The notes beneath the pieces are model-generated. The model had not been told where the DNA came from. It worked only from the letters and a program-made list of their open reading frames with translations, and made no database searches. DNA of 64,000 bases, taken from assembly GCA_965235115.1 (NCBI GenBank), contig OZ249436.1:23004001-23068000 (forward strand), written 5' to 3'. This DNA is from Laetmonice hystrix. Lineage: Eukaryota. Both the position numbers and the translations under genes were made by a program. How positions within the stretch are numbered: the first letter of the stretch is position 1; every line of letters starts with the position of its first letter. Positions 33,482 through 47,727 of the stretch are shown in pieces.

Positions 33482-36400
33482 TTAACTGTTTTAAAATGGC
33501 GGTCCTTTTTATGCTTTTACCTAAGAGATACTTGCTTTAATTCAAAAGTGACACGCACAACATTAAAATTGGACCAAAATCACCTCATCTTACTGTACTT
33601 TTTACGTCCCAAAAATATTGTAGCCCATTTTGTATATTGAAATTTAAAAAACTGAGAAAAGAAAAACTGATTTTGAAACCTATCTTGAGACCTATTGTCC
33701 AATTTGAGATTAGGAAGTTCTGCTGAAGTATGCAACACTGAGGGCTCAACAATCGCAACTCTTCTTGACATTGCATACATCACTTCTTAAACAATAATCA
33801 GGGATGAACGGAGAATAATGCACAGATTTTTACTATCATTCAAATGATAATCTTAGACTTAACTCAATCAAAACAATCATGATTTGTTTTAAACCTGGTG
33901 CAGGGAGAAGGCATAATGATGGCCAATATGCATGACAATGTATTTTCAATTTCGGATCCGAAATGGCTGCCATATTTGTTTTTTGACCTCACAATGACAC
34001 TGTTTTGGCTCATATCTTGAAAATAGTGACAGATAACGCCATAGTTACTATTATAGACTGATAGAAAGTTATATGAAGTTTCATTCAGCGCCATTTTCCA
34101 TGGCCATGGATGATCTATAAAGGTCAATCAAGGATATTTCTAATGGCCCGTATGTCCAAAACAGTGGAACAACAGTGATATAATCTCGTCACAATGATTT
34201 TAGCAAGAGCTGACAAAACGTAACGATCTCGATGACTTTCAAACCTAAATGCAGGGAACTCTCATAAATAGGGCCAATATGCATGTCAATAAATTTTGAA
34301 ATTAGATACAATATACATGTACCGTAGTGACATGGCGACCATATATTTGTTTTTGGAAACTGTTTTCTTCAATCTTTTCTGACCTTAAAAGATCAATCAA
34401 GATAATCCACTTTTTCTATCTCCAGTACTGTAGAAGATAACCCCATACTTATTATTACAGATGAACAGTAAGTCAGATGTGAAGATTTGCAGTTGGTACT
34501 TTCCTCGACCTTTCTTACTTTGATATTTCGTTCCAGGTCATGCACCTTTTCAGTGGGTCACATCTCCAAACTGTGCATAACTGCATAGTTACTAAGATGA
34601 AGTGAATTTCATTTCACAATATTTTCCTTGACCTTTCTTGACCTTGGAAGATCGTTGTTTCTTCAAGACTCCATAGCTCTTCACACCCTAAAGTATATTA
34701 AGCCCACAATGGTGGAGAGAGGTCCAGGTTATTTCTTACTAACTGAGGTCACTGCCTCAGTCACGGGCACTGAGTTTGTGCCCGATAGGCGTTTTTAGTG
34801 CCCCGCATGCTGACACTGCTGACTACTGCAGCTGATTCCGTCCTGTTGTTTTGAACTTTCGTTGAGTCTGATCAATCATGATGCAAGGCAACCGGAAGCG
34901 AGATCCTTGCTTCAGGTGTGGAACTAGAAGATTAGTCAAGCCCTTGGCTGCAGCCGTATAGGGGCTTGATATTAAAGGCTGTACAGCACCTTTCTCTGCC
35001 AACCAGTAGGTGAAGAAAAGTTCAGTCATATGTTTCAACTTTATGGACATTAAGAAACATTTTTTTCAGTCATGAGAATGTAATGTAGATAGTAAATTTT
35101 CTCATAATTTTCAGCATAATTTTGAGTTATTGCTTCAAATTTCTTTATATCCAAGATGGCCACCAAGCGGCCATTTTTAATGATATGTTTGACCTGTGTC
35201 CTCCTTAGACCTATACGCCTTCTTTCCACCAAATTTGAAAGAAATTGGGATCGTTTTGTCTGAGTTATTGCACCAAATGTGTTTATGTCCAAGAAAGCTG
35301 CCAAGCGGTCATATTGTGAAAATATCCTTGGATGTGCATCATGCCACGAGGGTATCTGATCTTGTGTTAAAATATGAGAAGGACTGGACAATGCATTTGT
35401 TAGATATCGCTGTCCATGGAGGGACAGGGCCAAATGACACATATGACTGCCTATTCGTGTTTAATAGTCCAGTTGCAGACCGGCATATTTTTACAAAAGG
35501 TGGTTTTGCCGTCTATACAAGGTTTTATTGTTGATAAAGTTACTTCATAATGTGGAGAATCAGAATCAAGTGGGTGACATTCTGTCACCCTTGGGGAATT
35601 TTTTCTGTTGCCTAGCAACCGATTAATGTTGCAATGTTTCTTAGCAACAGGTATTATAATTATAGACAATCTGTATAAAACCGACGGAAATAACATTAGG
35701 AGGTCCAAAGGATTAAAATAGGTATATTGACATTGGGGAAATATCATTCCGTTGCCTGGCAACAGCCTTCGTAGTTTGATGCCTCCTTAGCAACGGGGAA
35801 CATATGCCTAATAAATGCATGTTTTTTACACCGATTCCTTTTTCTGTCAGGCATAAAACGGTATCCACAGGCAAGAAGGCTTACTAGAGCATGTTCTATG
35901 AAAGTTTGGGATTTTTTTTACGGCAAAAAATCAAAATGGCTGCCATTTTCCTAAATTTCGCCACATTGCTCTCCTAGGGTCAGATAAAATGGAATTGTGC
36001 AATTTGCAGCAATGGCCAATGCCTGATGATTTTTGTTGAAGACGTTGTCAAACAGCCTTTTCTAAAGGACTTTTGTATACTAAAACATAATTTTTGTGTG
36101 CCAACTTATATATTCTAAGCTGCATAGATTATGTTGCCTAGCAACGTATTATATTAATCTTCCTTAGCAACCGTCATCATAATTAGAAGTAATCCATATA
36201 TAGCAGATGGAAATAACAGGAGTATGTAAACAAAATTAAAATGGACGCATTAACATTGAAAGAATATCATCTTGTTGCCTAGCAACAGCTTTTGTATTCT
36301 TATGCCTCCCTAGCAACGGAGAACATTCACACAATGAACACTTGTTTTAACCAAAAAAAAATGAATGGTAGAAAATATTATCCACAGGGCAGATGATTTA

Positions 36401-38456
36401 TCTTCAGCATTCAAAAAAAAAAAAAAAAAAAAATTAAAACAAAAACAAAATATATTAGGCCTAAAATAATTCCTAGGTAGCCTATGAACAGGCCAGTAGG
36501 CCTACCGTACGCCTAACCCTTAGGCCTAAGACCCTATTATAGGCCTACCTGCTTATGATATAGGCCTAAATTAAGCTATATCAGCTCGGCCTATAGCATC
36601 ATTCATCATGTATTGTTAGGCCAAAATCTAGCTGGTTCTGAGGCAGACTCAGATCAAACTCACTGAGACTGGGCCGGCAGTCACTCGCGACGTGTTATGC
36701 TTTGATATACATGGTCCTATCTTCAATTATGCAAGGCCAGGAATGTGGATATTATAACGAAAATTGCGCATGTTCGAGCGCGCCAAGTTTGACAGCTTTG
36801 AGATGTGCGGGGCAAAGCAGCCGACTGTCCACTAGCCGACTGTAGACTATCGCAACTCATTTCTGAGGTAAGTATCAAGCTGAATTTCAAAACGAATAAT
36901 TTCTTTCACATTACTTGCTTTCCCAGAAACCCAGAAAAACTAAAATAGTACATCTTTTCTATACAGTCAGTAGACTAAGCGCAGAAGTGTCAGTTTTGAC
37001 AGTGGCAAGTGTAGGGGCGGATCGAAGAATTTGGAAAGGAGCCCGGGGGTTCATGGAGGAAACTGGCAAAAGGGGGGGGGGGGGGAGTCCAATACAGTGA
37101 ATTTAAAAAACTCTATAGATGGGGAAAAAGAGGAAGATTTATGCCAAAGGGGGGGGGTCCTGAGCCCAAGACCCCCCCCTCCCCCCGATCCACTACTGAA
37201 GTGTGAAGCAGACTGTAGGCCTACCGGCAAGAGATTTCGACGCGTCACAATTCAGTGCTGTGAGCGCCAATCAAAATGTCCTCCTCAACCTAGTTACATC
37301 TCATTACTTAGCTTGGCCCAGATTCCCGCTGATTCTCACGGCTGGTGCGGATCCAGGGGGAGACCTAGGCGTACTAGCAAAGAGTGTAGGCTACTATTAG
37401 GCAGGGGCGTAGGAAAAAGGAGGGGGGCGGGGGACATGGCCCACCCACTTTGAAAGGTGGGGGGGGGGAGAGTATCTTTGCCCCCCCCCCACTTTTTACT
37501 GAGGAAAACTTAAACGTGCCTGCCATACCTTATTTTGTGTTCTAAAATACACTATCTATAGTATAGGTCCCCAAAATAACCTGAAATTTCACAATTTTCC
37601 TGAGGGCCATCCCACCCCCCCCCCAGCTATGCTTCGCGCCTTCGTCACTCATTTGCCCCTATGGCGGCACCTGGGGGGGGGGGGGGCCTCCAGCACCAAT
37701 TCTTTCTAACCACCCCTCTCATTTTTCAGTCAGATAATAAATTGAAAAAAAGGGCTCGCGCTGCCACTGCCACTGGACACTTGTCCGTTTATTATTAGGC
37801 CCCTACTAGGCACTGGAATATGCAGGTGAAGGGTCCAAATCCGATGTTCACCCCTGATAGAATAACCGATCATGGACTAAAAATGAAGGAGCTTCTGGTA
37901 GAGCTACGTCAGCACCCCCTTTCCTTCAAGCATAATAATTTGGGCAGGCCTACTTGTATGCAGACGTAGCATGCTGGGGGGGGGGGGGGGGGGGGGCAAA
38001 AGGTCGGTACTTCTAGGGTACGACATACCAAATGTTAATGCTTGTAAGCCCCCAGACTACTCATTCCAGGGGAGTACTCCAATCACATCCTGTACTGCAA
38101 CCCCTCTGATTTTTTTTTGGTTTAGTTTTTGTTGTTGTTTTGGGGTGGGGGTGCAATGCTTTTGTCTGTTAGTCGATTTCCCTGGGTGTGTCAGGCATAT
38201 CTGTACACCACTACTTTCTGCTTGCTATGCTTTCTTCGGTTTGTGTTGAGCCTACCACTCACCGTCACAGCAAACCTAGATCTGGTCATTTATTTTCTGG
38301 GCCTTCACGGTTTTATCACATAATGCTTTCATCACTTAGCTTGTTAATTAATCATGAAATGGCATAGAATTACATTGTAGGTTGACTGACATTCTGCCCT
38401 TTCTATTTCAGGAGATGTCGGTGTTCTTCAGAGAACCTAAATATTAGGGCATAGCA

Positions 38457-40753
38457 ATGTCTGCTTGCTACTTCAAGTTTCTTTTTTGCAAAATTGGCTG
38501 TAAAAAGCCTCTGATCACAGCCGGTCCTGTCCGCATAAAAAAAATCATTGCATGTAGCAAAATTAGAGGCGATGATACCTACATAGAATTAGAGAGAAAA
38601 CTACTACAAAATGAAAATTACAGTATTATATGTCATAAGGATTGTGTGTCAACATACACTTCTCAATCCCACATCAAACGCCAGCATACTAAGACAGATG
38701 ACCAGCCCTGTCAAAACGGCAGCCCACCTGGCAAGCGCACGTGCCGGAGCACAACATCACTTTATGACTTTAACACACACTGCTTATTTTGTGGTAAACA
38801 ATGCCAATTGGAACCTGACCCTCGTCATCCTGATCGTTGGAAACAGGTTCTCAAATGTAAAACTGCAGGACAACATGGTGCCCATGACTTTAAACAGACC
38901 ATTATTGATATATGCGAAAAGCGGAACGATGACCAAGCAAACCAAGTTCTCATCAGAGTACAGGGGGCTGTCAGTGATTTACATGCAGCAGATGCTATCT
39001 ACCACAAAGAATGTTACTGTCGCTTCGTTGCTCCCCGTTCTGTCACTGCAGCTTCGAGAAAGTCACTGTGCCGTGATGAAACTTCCGACCCAGCATTTCT
39101 CATGGTGATCACTCAACTTAAGGCTGACCCATCCCGTATTTGGAATAGTGTGGACATCCACAGGCTATACAAGTCACATGAGGGAAATCAGCTCACACGC
39201 CGGTCATTGACGACTAAATTGGTGGATCACTTTGGCGGGGAACTACTTGTCCTCTCAGGAAAGGGTGTTGCAAATTTACTGGTCTTTCGCAGCACGGCTT
39301 CCAGTGTGCTTTGCTTAGTTGACGATGACGAAGATGACATCATCACATCAATGCAGACTGTAGCAAAACAGGTCGTAGAGGACTGCAAACAACTGAAGAT
39401 GGATGGGAAATCTTATCAAACGAGGATTACTCTCCAAGAAGCAAGAGAAACATGTAGTATAACCCTGTTGTCACTCCTCAAAATGGTATCGAGCAAGATG
39501 GATATGTCCCTGTCAGCAGCACTAATTGGCAATATCATCACAAGTGTGATAACAAATCAGGCTACCGTTCTCCAAATTGCTTTGGGACTTGTGTTAAGGG
39601 ATAAACGTTTGATACAAGAATTTCACAATTTCAATGTGTGCTGCTCATATGATGAAATTCTTCGGTTTAAAACGTCAGCGGCTTCAGCTGCTAGTGAAGA
39701 AATGAAACTTAGGGGAATTAAAGATAGTGAGTCAGGCCTCGTTCAAACCGTTGCTGATAACTTTGATGCAAACATAGCATCTGCAAATGGCCTCCGCTCT
39801 ACTCATGCCCTGGCTTTGTTAATTACTCAAGTCCAGAATGACTCTCAATCTGACCATGGACACGGAGTAATTAAGCGAGTAAGAAAAGAAGACATGAAAG
39901 ATACTCTCGAATCATCAGTTACAGTGCAGCGCTACAGTGGGCCAAAGAAGCCTGCAATGCCTCAACAGCATGCAACTAGATGTGTCCTGCCCTTGACCAT
40001 GTTGGCAAGCCAGAAGTTGACAGTCAATCGAGCGAGAGATGTTGACTACACTTTCCTCCAAGCGATAGCTCATGACCCGAACACCCCAGAATATGGTGGA
40101 TTCAATACGCGTCTGACACGTGAACAGGGACAATCTGTGAAACCATCCACTAGAGCTGTTTACACTCCACTGATAGACATGATCCCATCAGATCCGGATA
40201 CCATGATGACAGCTATGGTGGAAGCTAAACGACTCACAAATGAAACGGGGCAGGCTGTTACCATATTCACGGCGGACCAGCAGCTTTATCGAGTGGTAGT
40301 CGACATCACGTGGGTATATCCAGATTTGTTCAGCCAGTTCCTACCAAGACTAGGAGGTATGCATATGCTCATGAGTTTTGTGGGTTGTGTCGGTACCCTT
40401 ATGAGTAACAGTGGACTCGAAGACATCCTGAAAGAGGCATTCGGGGGTGTTACGAAGATGCTTGTTGGAAAAAAGTTCCCTCAAAACTGCAGGGCTCTGA
40501 GAATGCTCACCGAGGAGTTGTTACGTGACCTGCTGGATCATGCTGATTCGTACAAAGATTTGATGCAGCTCTTAGAAGAAAGGGCATCAAGAAGCCGAAC
40601 AACCAGACTCTGGTTGGAGAATATGATAAAACCAACTCTCATTATGATGACCTTTGTGAGAGCTGAACGAGAAGCAGATTGGCCACTCCACCTCTGGTCC
40701 GTGAGCGAGATGTTGCCATACTTCTTTGCAGCTGGGCACACAAACTATGCAAG
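38457..40753 (+). CDS. Academ protein exon 1 (transposase region)
   Basis: ADNFD, TIFTADQQLY, PRLGGMHMLM, AEREADWPLHL, FFAAGHTNYAR; phase-2 donor AG|GTAAAT at 40754. Confidence 0.88.
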
Positions 40754-41052
40754 GTAAATATCCAGGGGAGTCCCCCCCCCCCCCAAAAAAAAGAAACAAT
40801 AGGTAACTCCCCCCACAAAAAAAGTTACCAAAGGATCCCTGTTCTGGGTGCCCCAAAAGGTGTTCCCTCAAATGTCCTCGAATCCCCCAAAAGGCGTAAA
40901 CCAGGAAACCCTAGTATCAGATCCCTCTATCTGCATAATAACGGGGTTGGGGTTCTGAATAAGCATATGCTTCAAAGAATGGTGACATCACAATGTAAGA
41001 CATAAGAGATAGTTGTACTTCTGTGTGTATTCATGGTTGTTCCATATTCCAG

Positions 41053-43141
41053 GTATGGTCTTTACTATCTGAGGTCAATGGAGCGTCTTCCAAGTGATGT
41101 CCAGAAGGAGTTTCTGCATGGAAACCACGTGATGAGGCATAAACCCGGCATCTGGAATGGGGTATGGTCCGACATGTACATCGAAACAACGTTCATGCGG
41201 TATGGACATGGACCTGGTGGCATTATCGGAATCACACTTGAACCTTCAACGCTCTCAAGATGGGCTCTCAGTCTTCACATCTGCAGCCAACTGATGAATG
41301 ATGTGTTGTCAATGTCCGATGACTCTCAGCAGAATGTATTATCACACAAGGAGGAAATGCGACACCGGATCCGGGCAGATAATGCTGACCGAAAGAAACT
41401 CCAGGTCAAGATGAAGGCAGTCATTGATCCTCTGGATCCAAGTGATCATCCAATTGGTCTCCTTAACATTGTAACAGGCAGAATAGCTCCAGAAACTGTC
41501 ACGGTCGATCGGTCTGTGTCCATAGGCCAGCAGCAAATGAAAGATTTCGAATCTTCATGGCCTGAGGGGTTTCACAGCTCCATCCCCAAGAAGGTTGTCA
41601 CCATGTCGACTATGAAGAAGCACGTTAAGGTCGGCGACATACAGGTGTACGACACAAATCTGATATACTCACGTGTCATCGGTCTACAGGGCTCAAGAGA
41701 CATTAGTATGAATGACGTACTCAAATACGAACTGTCACCACTACCAACATCCATGTATGAGGACAATGGTGGGATGCGCATCACAAAAACAAAGGCGACT
41801 CTAAAGCGGCAGCTACAAGTTGAACATTCCCGAAGAACAACTTTGAGGCCTGACAGCGTCGTAATAGATGGGTGTGCATTGCTTTGGGTAATTCACTGGC
41901 CCACATCTGGCACAGCTGCTGATTACGCCAAAAACTTTACTCACTGTATGACCAGACTCATGACGAACAGTGATGTTTACTTGGTATTTGACCGCTACTA
42001 CAAGCCAAGTATAAAAGGTGAAACACGGATGGTCAGGGCAGCGAACAATGCTGCCAGACGGCATGTACTGAATGCTCACACGCCTCTACCTCCGCAGAAA
42101 GTAACACTTGGAGTCACAGAGAACAAAGTCCAGCTAGTTGAAATCATATGCAACCACCTGAAAGATCATCGTCACTCTTTCCCCCCAAACAAAAAGCTCG
42201 TGGTGACTTCACAGGATCCTGTACCATTTGAGTTATGCAATGGTGTGATCTTACAGAGAGTGGACCTGCGTACCACACATGAAGAGGCAGACGTTGTCAT
42301 CGTGCAGCAGGCAGTCAAGCTGGCAGAAGTAGGAACATCTTCATTGGAAGTTGTCTGTGACGATACCGATGTATTTGTGATGCTGATTCATTTTTATGTA
42401 CAGGAGCATTTAACATGTGAATTGGTCATGAGTGGCACTAGCAGTGGCCGGGCAGTGGTTGACATCAGGGCTACCGCATCAAAACATGCAGCAATAGCAA
42501 ATCACCTACTGCCAGCTCATGCACTGTCAGGTTGTGATACGGTGTCACAACTGTATGGCATCGGAAAGGGCACTGTCCTGAAAAGGATACTCTCCGGTCA
42601 GCAGTTACAAAAACTAGGAGATCCGGAGTTACAGGTAGACCAAGTCATAGAGGAGGCAACACAGTTTATCACCTCATGCTATGGATTAAGCGAGAAGCCC
42701 AGTATGTCAGCTGCCAGGTGTGAAATGTGGGCATCCAAGATGGGCAACAAAAAAATAAGATCAGCGCCGCCACTCAAGACCCTGCCTCCAACAACGGAAG
42801 CTTTTCATGAACATGTGGCACGTGCCCATTTCCAGGCTGCCATTTGGCGGTCAGCTCTCCAGCCAGACCCGCCGGGACTAAGCCCAACGCAACACGGATG
42901 GTCACTAGATGACGTAACACAGACACTTGATTCCATACCCCTTCCTCCTGACGTATCACCTGCACCACCGGATGTCTTGAAGTTGATCAAGTGTGGATGT
43001 GCATCGGAACGACCATGCTCTACGGCTCGTTGTGGATGTTACGCTTCGCATCTACCATGTTCCATGTTCTGTTCTTGTCATGGAAGTCCGCCATGTTACA
43101 ACACATCAGCACATGATGATGACGAAGATGATGAATCATGA
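41053..43141 (+). CDS. Academ protein exon 2 (transposase C-terminal part, XPG/PIN-like nuclease, Cys8 finger)
   Basis: Acceptor TTCCAG at 41052 restores NYAR|YGLYY; VIDG, VFDRY..SIK, HEEAD, DDTDV, SGCDTVS..GIGK, LPPT, C-terminal CGC...C...CGC...C..C.C; spliced product 1461 aa. Confidence 0.88.
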
Positions 43142-44948
43142 AGCAGAAGAGTTTACAAGAATTACCAGGATTTGGGCTAGAGGTCCGATTGGTTTCATTG
43201 CTGCAGATTCAAACGTCCACAGACGCTCTCAGAGAAATTTCAGTGGTTCTGCTTTAACTCTCGCCTACCTGATCACAGACATGATGGGATCATCTATTCT
43301 TTAACAGCCCTACAACTGAATCAACCATTTATGTAAGGCAAAATGTACATTTTAAAATTAGATCAAAATGATTTTCACAATTCTTGATACATGGCTACCG
43401 GCATTACGCGTATTCTCCGTTGCTAGGGAGACATAAAATGCAAAAACTGTTGTGTAGATAACATTTTCTACCTTTCAGAAATAATTTTTATTAGGCCTAA
43501 AACAAGTGTTCATTGCGCGAATGTTCTCCGTTGCTAGGGGGGGGCATAAGAATACAAAAGCTGTTGCTAGGCAACAAGATGATATTCTTTCAATGTTAAT
43601 GTGTCCATTTTAATCTTGTTTACATACTCCTGTTATTTCCATCTGCTATATATGGATTACTTCTAATTATGATGACGGTTACTAAGGAAGATTGAAAAAA
43701 ATATGTTGCTAGGCAACATAATCTATGCAGATTAGAATATAGGTTGGCGAACAAAAAAATATGTTTTAGCATACGAAAGTCCTTCAGAAAAGCCTGTTTG
43801 ACAACGTCTTCAACAAAAATCATCAAGCATTGGCAATTGCTGCAAATTGCACAATTCCATTTTATCTGACCCTAGGAGAGCAAATGTGGCGAAATTTAGG
43901 GAAATGGCAGCCATTTTGAATTTTTGCCGTAAAAAATTTCCAAACTTTTATAGAACATGCTCTAGTAAGCCGTGGTGCCTGTGGATACCCTTTTATGCCT
44001 GACAGAAAAAGGAATTGGTGTAAAAGCATGCACTTATTAGGCATATATCCCCCGTTGCTAAGGAGGTATGAAACTACAAAGGCTGTTGCCAGGCAACGGA
44101 ATGATATTTTCCCAATGTCAATATACCTATTTTAATCCTTTGGACCTCCTAATGTTATTTCCGTCGGTTTTATACAGATTTTCTATAATTATAATACCTG
44201 TTGCTAGGAAACATTGACAAATTAATCGGTTGCTAGGCAACAGAAAAAATTCCCCAAGGGTGACAGAATGTCACCCGCTTGATTCTGATTCTCAACATTA
44301 TGAAGTAACTATATCAACAATAAAACCTTGTATAGACGGCAAAACCACCTTTGGTGGCTCTGCTGCCGGACTATAATGCCTAATATGCGAATAACATTTA
44401 TGCCTAACATGCATGGTTTTTGAGATATAGACGACAATAGCTTTGCTCGGGGGGGGGGGGGCAATGAAACAAATATGGCCGCCATTAGGTCAAATTTTGT
44501 TCAAACTGAAAATAAACACACAGATGCATTGCCCTGCATGCCCCCTTTCTTTGTATCTAACTTGAAAGAATTCGGTTAAATAAGTACTGAGATATGCCCT
44601 GAAATGTGTTTTTATCCAATATGGCTGCCAATCGGCCATATTTGAAGATATCAGAAAATCCTTCGACGTGCATCATGCCACGAAGGTTATCTTGTGTTAA
44701 AATAGGAAAAGGATTGGACCACGCGTTTTTGAGATATCGCTGGCCACGGATGTACAGACGTACGCACGGCGCGACGGCGCCTCAGACGGCGTGATGGACT
44801 GAGGGACAGAGGGTGAATTGGAAGCCCCCCCCGGTTGGGGGCTAACAAATGATGTTGCCTTTTTAGCCCTTGTATTTTAATGTAACCTTGTTTTAATTAG
44901 GCCTACATGTAATCTGTGTCGTTCTTTTATGTTGGTGTTTTGCTTCAG

Positions 44949-45821
44949 GGGAGCCCACAGACCACAAAAGCATTCTCATCGACTGCACCGACCCTCTGGC
45001 CAAAACACTTGGGCAGGGTCCCAGGTCAAAGGGCAAGATGGTGACATACGCAGACCATAATTACTGTGATACTGGGCAGCATATGGCCAAAAGAAAATTG
45101 TCTTTTTCTCAGAAGGACATAATCTTGAGTGGTACTGGAAACAAGTACATATCCGGTGTTTCAGACAACCACATAAATCTCAACGATGACGCATTTCCGC
45201 ATGAACTGGTTGAGTTTACAAAAGAGCATCGACTGATTCCCATTCACAGGGACAGTGAAAACCTGAGCCTGGAGGGACTGAGTCTGACCACGGACGACCT
45301 GCTGTGTGCATCACCAGATGGGCAAAGTTTACAACCCAAACTCAACTTGTCCCTGCCAAAACTCGCATCGCAGTCAACCTCGCACCAGGAAGGTACCTCA
45401 GTTTCTGCTAATACTGAAAACTTTCTGTTACACTCACCACTACAATGGAATCTAAATAGAGATGCTTTGAAACCACCACTTGGAAACAGCCCTCAGGACG
45501 TCGGCAGGACACAGCCGAGTACCACAGCATTCCGACGACAGGAGTTCGTGGAGCAGCTGATGCAGGAAGTAGACCAGAGTGCCAGTAGCATCATTACTGG
45601 TCACCTGGAAGGTGGTGCACTTCACCATCCATACCTCTCCCCAGTTCTAAACAAAACTCTGCCTCGTAAAGTTTACATGGGGTTACTGACCCCAGAAAGG
45701 GAAAATCTGCTCACCAGTAACCGGTTACCTGAGTCCATTCTGGGATATATGGCCAGCCCTGTGCTGCCACTTTCACCTAGACCCAATGTGAAGCAGATGG
45801 TACAGCGTGACAACTTTGTTG
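44949..45821 (+). CDS. LAS2: LAS2/C18orf54-like host gene, coding exon 3
   Basis: TTTTGCTTCAG| acceptor and TTG|GTAAGT donor, phase 1/1, open throughout; LSLTTDDLL...PDG matches the LAS2 motif SLTTDDLLRLPADG as I recall it. Confidence 0.75.
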
Positions 45822-47059
45822 GTAAGTTCTCATGTTTTCTTTTGCCTGTTTAAAGGGAAAGTATTGCATCACATTTTCCAGAGATAACCTGTCCTGTCTG
45901 CAGAGAAATATAGCATATTACAACTATCTATTTCATTATGTGTCAATTTACTTGTAACAATATGGAAACTGGACGAGCAAACGTGCCAATGTTGCTTGGA
46001 CGTTGAAATATATGATCGCATTTTACTCTGGCTTGTTGACTTTCCTGCCTGGTAGCACCAGTCCAACTAAACACCAAAACTGACCAAAACCCACTGAAGC
46101 TGACGACTTCAATGCCATTTCGAGGTCAGTGTCGATATGCCAAGATCGGTTTGGTTAAATTCGCTCGGTTTCGGTGCGAGCACACCTCCTCAGACAGAAA
46201 CCAACCATGACCCCGATGTACCGAAACCATTTTTCTAATTCACCCTCCGTCTGTCTGTGGACAGTGATATCTCAGAAATGCGTTGATGCACGTCGAAGGA
46301 TGTTTTGATATCTTCCAATATGGCTGCTTGGCTGCTACCCAATTATTTTATATGAGTTTTGAGATATGAATCTTTAAAGTTTGGTCCCCCAAAAACGTAT
46401 TTTTTACCCCAAAATGGTCGTTGCCATGGTAACCGTTGAGAAAAATTTTGATTAAATAATGTAAAAAAAAATAACACTTGTACTGGTCATAATTTCCACT
46501 TTTTGATTTTTTTTCTAGCTGTGCCTACCCTTTTTATAAGGCGAAATTTAAAAAACGTAGATTTAGCCCCAAAACACATATTTTCCCAATAAAAGGGTAT
46601 AAAGCTACCACTTGGGAATGTCCATCATACTGAAGTGAAACATGTGCCCCAGGTGATGATCTTTCAAAAAAATATAGTGAGCCTTTGTCTCTCGAGATGG
46701 TACCGAAACGTGAATTTTGGGGGATTGGCCCATGGACTAATTGGAATAATGTCTATTGAGGGCCTATCTCAATGAAAAAAAATTATGAATGATATTCTTT
46801 ACATGTAGCCTAGGCCCTATAACTAGGCCTACTTTGTTATAGGCCTAAATAATAAAGCAAAGCAGTTGAGATTTGCACAATGATTAGCCCCCATAAAAAA
46901 AAAGATTCTGGACCCCCCATGTGAGTGTGAGTGGCATGCGAGAAGGGGGGAAGCTAGGGGGCACAATGCCCCCCTTAGGGGCCGTTCAAAAGTTATGTAA
47001 CGCTAATTTGCGCCAAATCTGATACCCCTTTTCACACACATAATTGTTCCCAGAGATTG

Positions 47060-47727
47060 GAAAGTCTGTGGGTCATGTCAGAGGCAAGCCACCTGCCCCC
47101 AACCTGTTGGTCACCACAAGACGCCCCCTAACCCTCTAGACTGGCATCAGTATACAAAATTAGGTCATGTTTGTCACTATCTGGTGAGATGGAAAACTTT
47201 GCATCAAAGTCACCCCTATGCTGTACCAATGCCTGATTCCTGTCCTGCTCTCAGGACTTAGTATGGGCCATGCCATAGTCAATCCCTTGAGCGTAAGCTG
47301 TCATCAGCCCTACAACTGCGGTACAATCTCTGATTGAAGGATCCGGATTTTGCAATAACTGGTTAGAAAAGAGGCAGAATTTGTTCACTCTTCTCCTGTG
47401 TAAGAATTTATGATGAACCTAAGAAATTGGTAGGATACAGGACCGACTTATCTGGGTGGACCACCAGTCCTAACTTGTCTAGCATACTCACTAGAGTCAT
47501 GACTGACTGCCGACATTCCGACTGTGTATTCCCCATTATGAAAGAATCATCTAGAAATGGAAAGCATTCAACATCCTGTGAAAGGCTGTGAAGCCTTTGT
47601 GAAGACTGGTGTGAGCAATTTCATGAGGAACCGTTTGGCACAAGCAAGTCCATTTGGGAGGGATTGGAACTGATATAAAACTCCATCCCACTTGAATTTC
47701 AGGTATTTCTGATCCGGGGTCCGGTTT
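47060..47727 (-). pseudogene. DIRS-type retrotransposon RT/RNase H remnant
   Basis: Minus strand reads QKYLKFKWDGVLYQFQSLPNGLAC, FLDD, LGLVVHPDKSVL, GDFDA and TDASLEG*GA, with stops and frameshifts. Confidence 0.75.

Larger units (their letters stand above)
35465..44373 (+). mobile_element. AcademX DNA transposon with ~0.9-kb TIRs
   Basis: TAGTCC...GGACTA termini; TAA TSD (35462-35464, 44374-44376); 35465 to about 36385 is the inverted copy of about 43452-44373; encodes transposase, XPG-like nuclease and Cys8 finger. Confidence 0.9.

Noticed and set aside
38457..43141. Two separate genes of 766 aa and 702 aa
   Set aside because: A GT-AG intron joins them in frame through the conserved NYARY motif.
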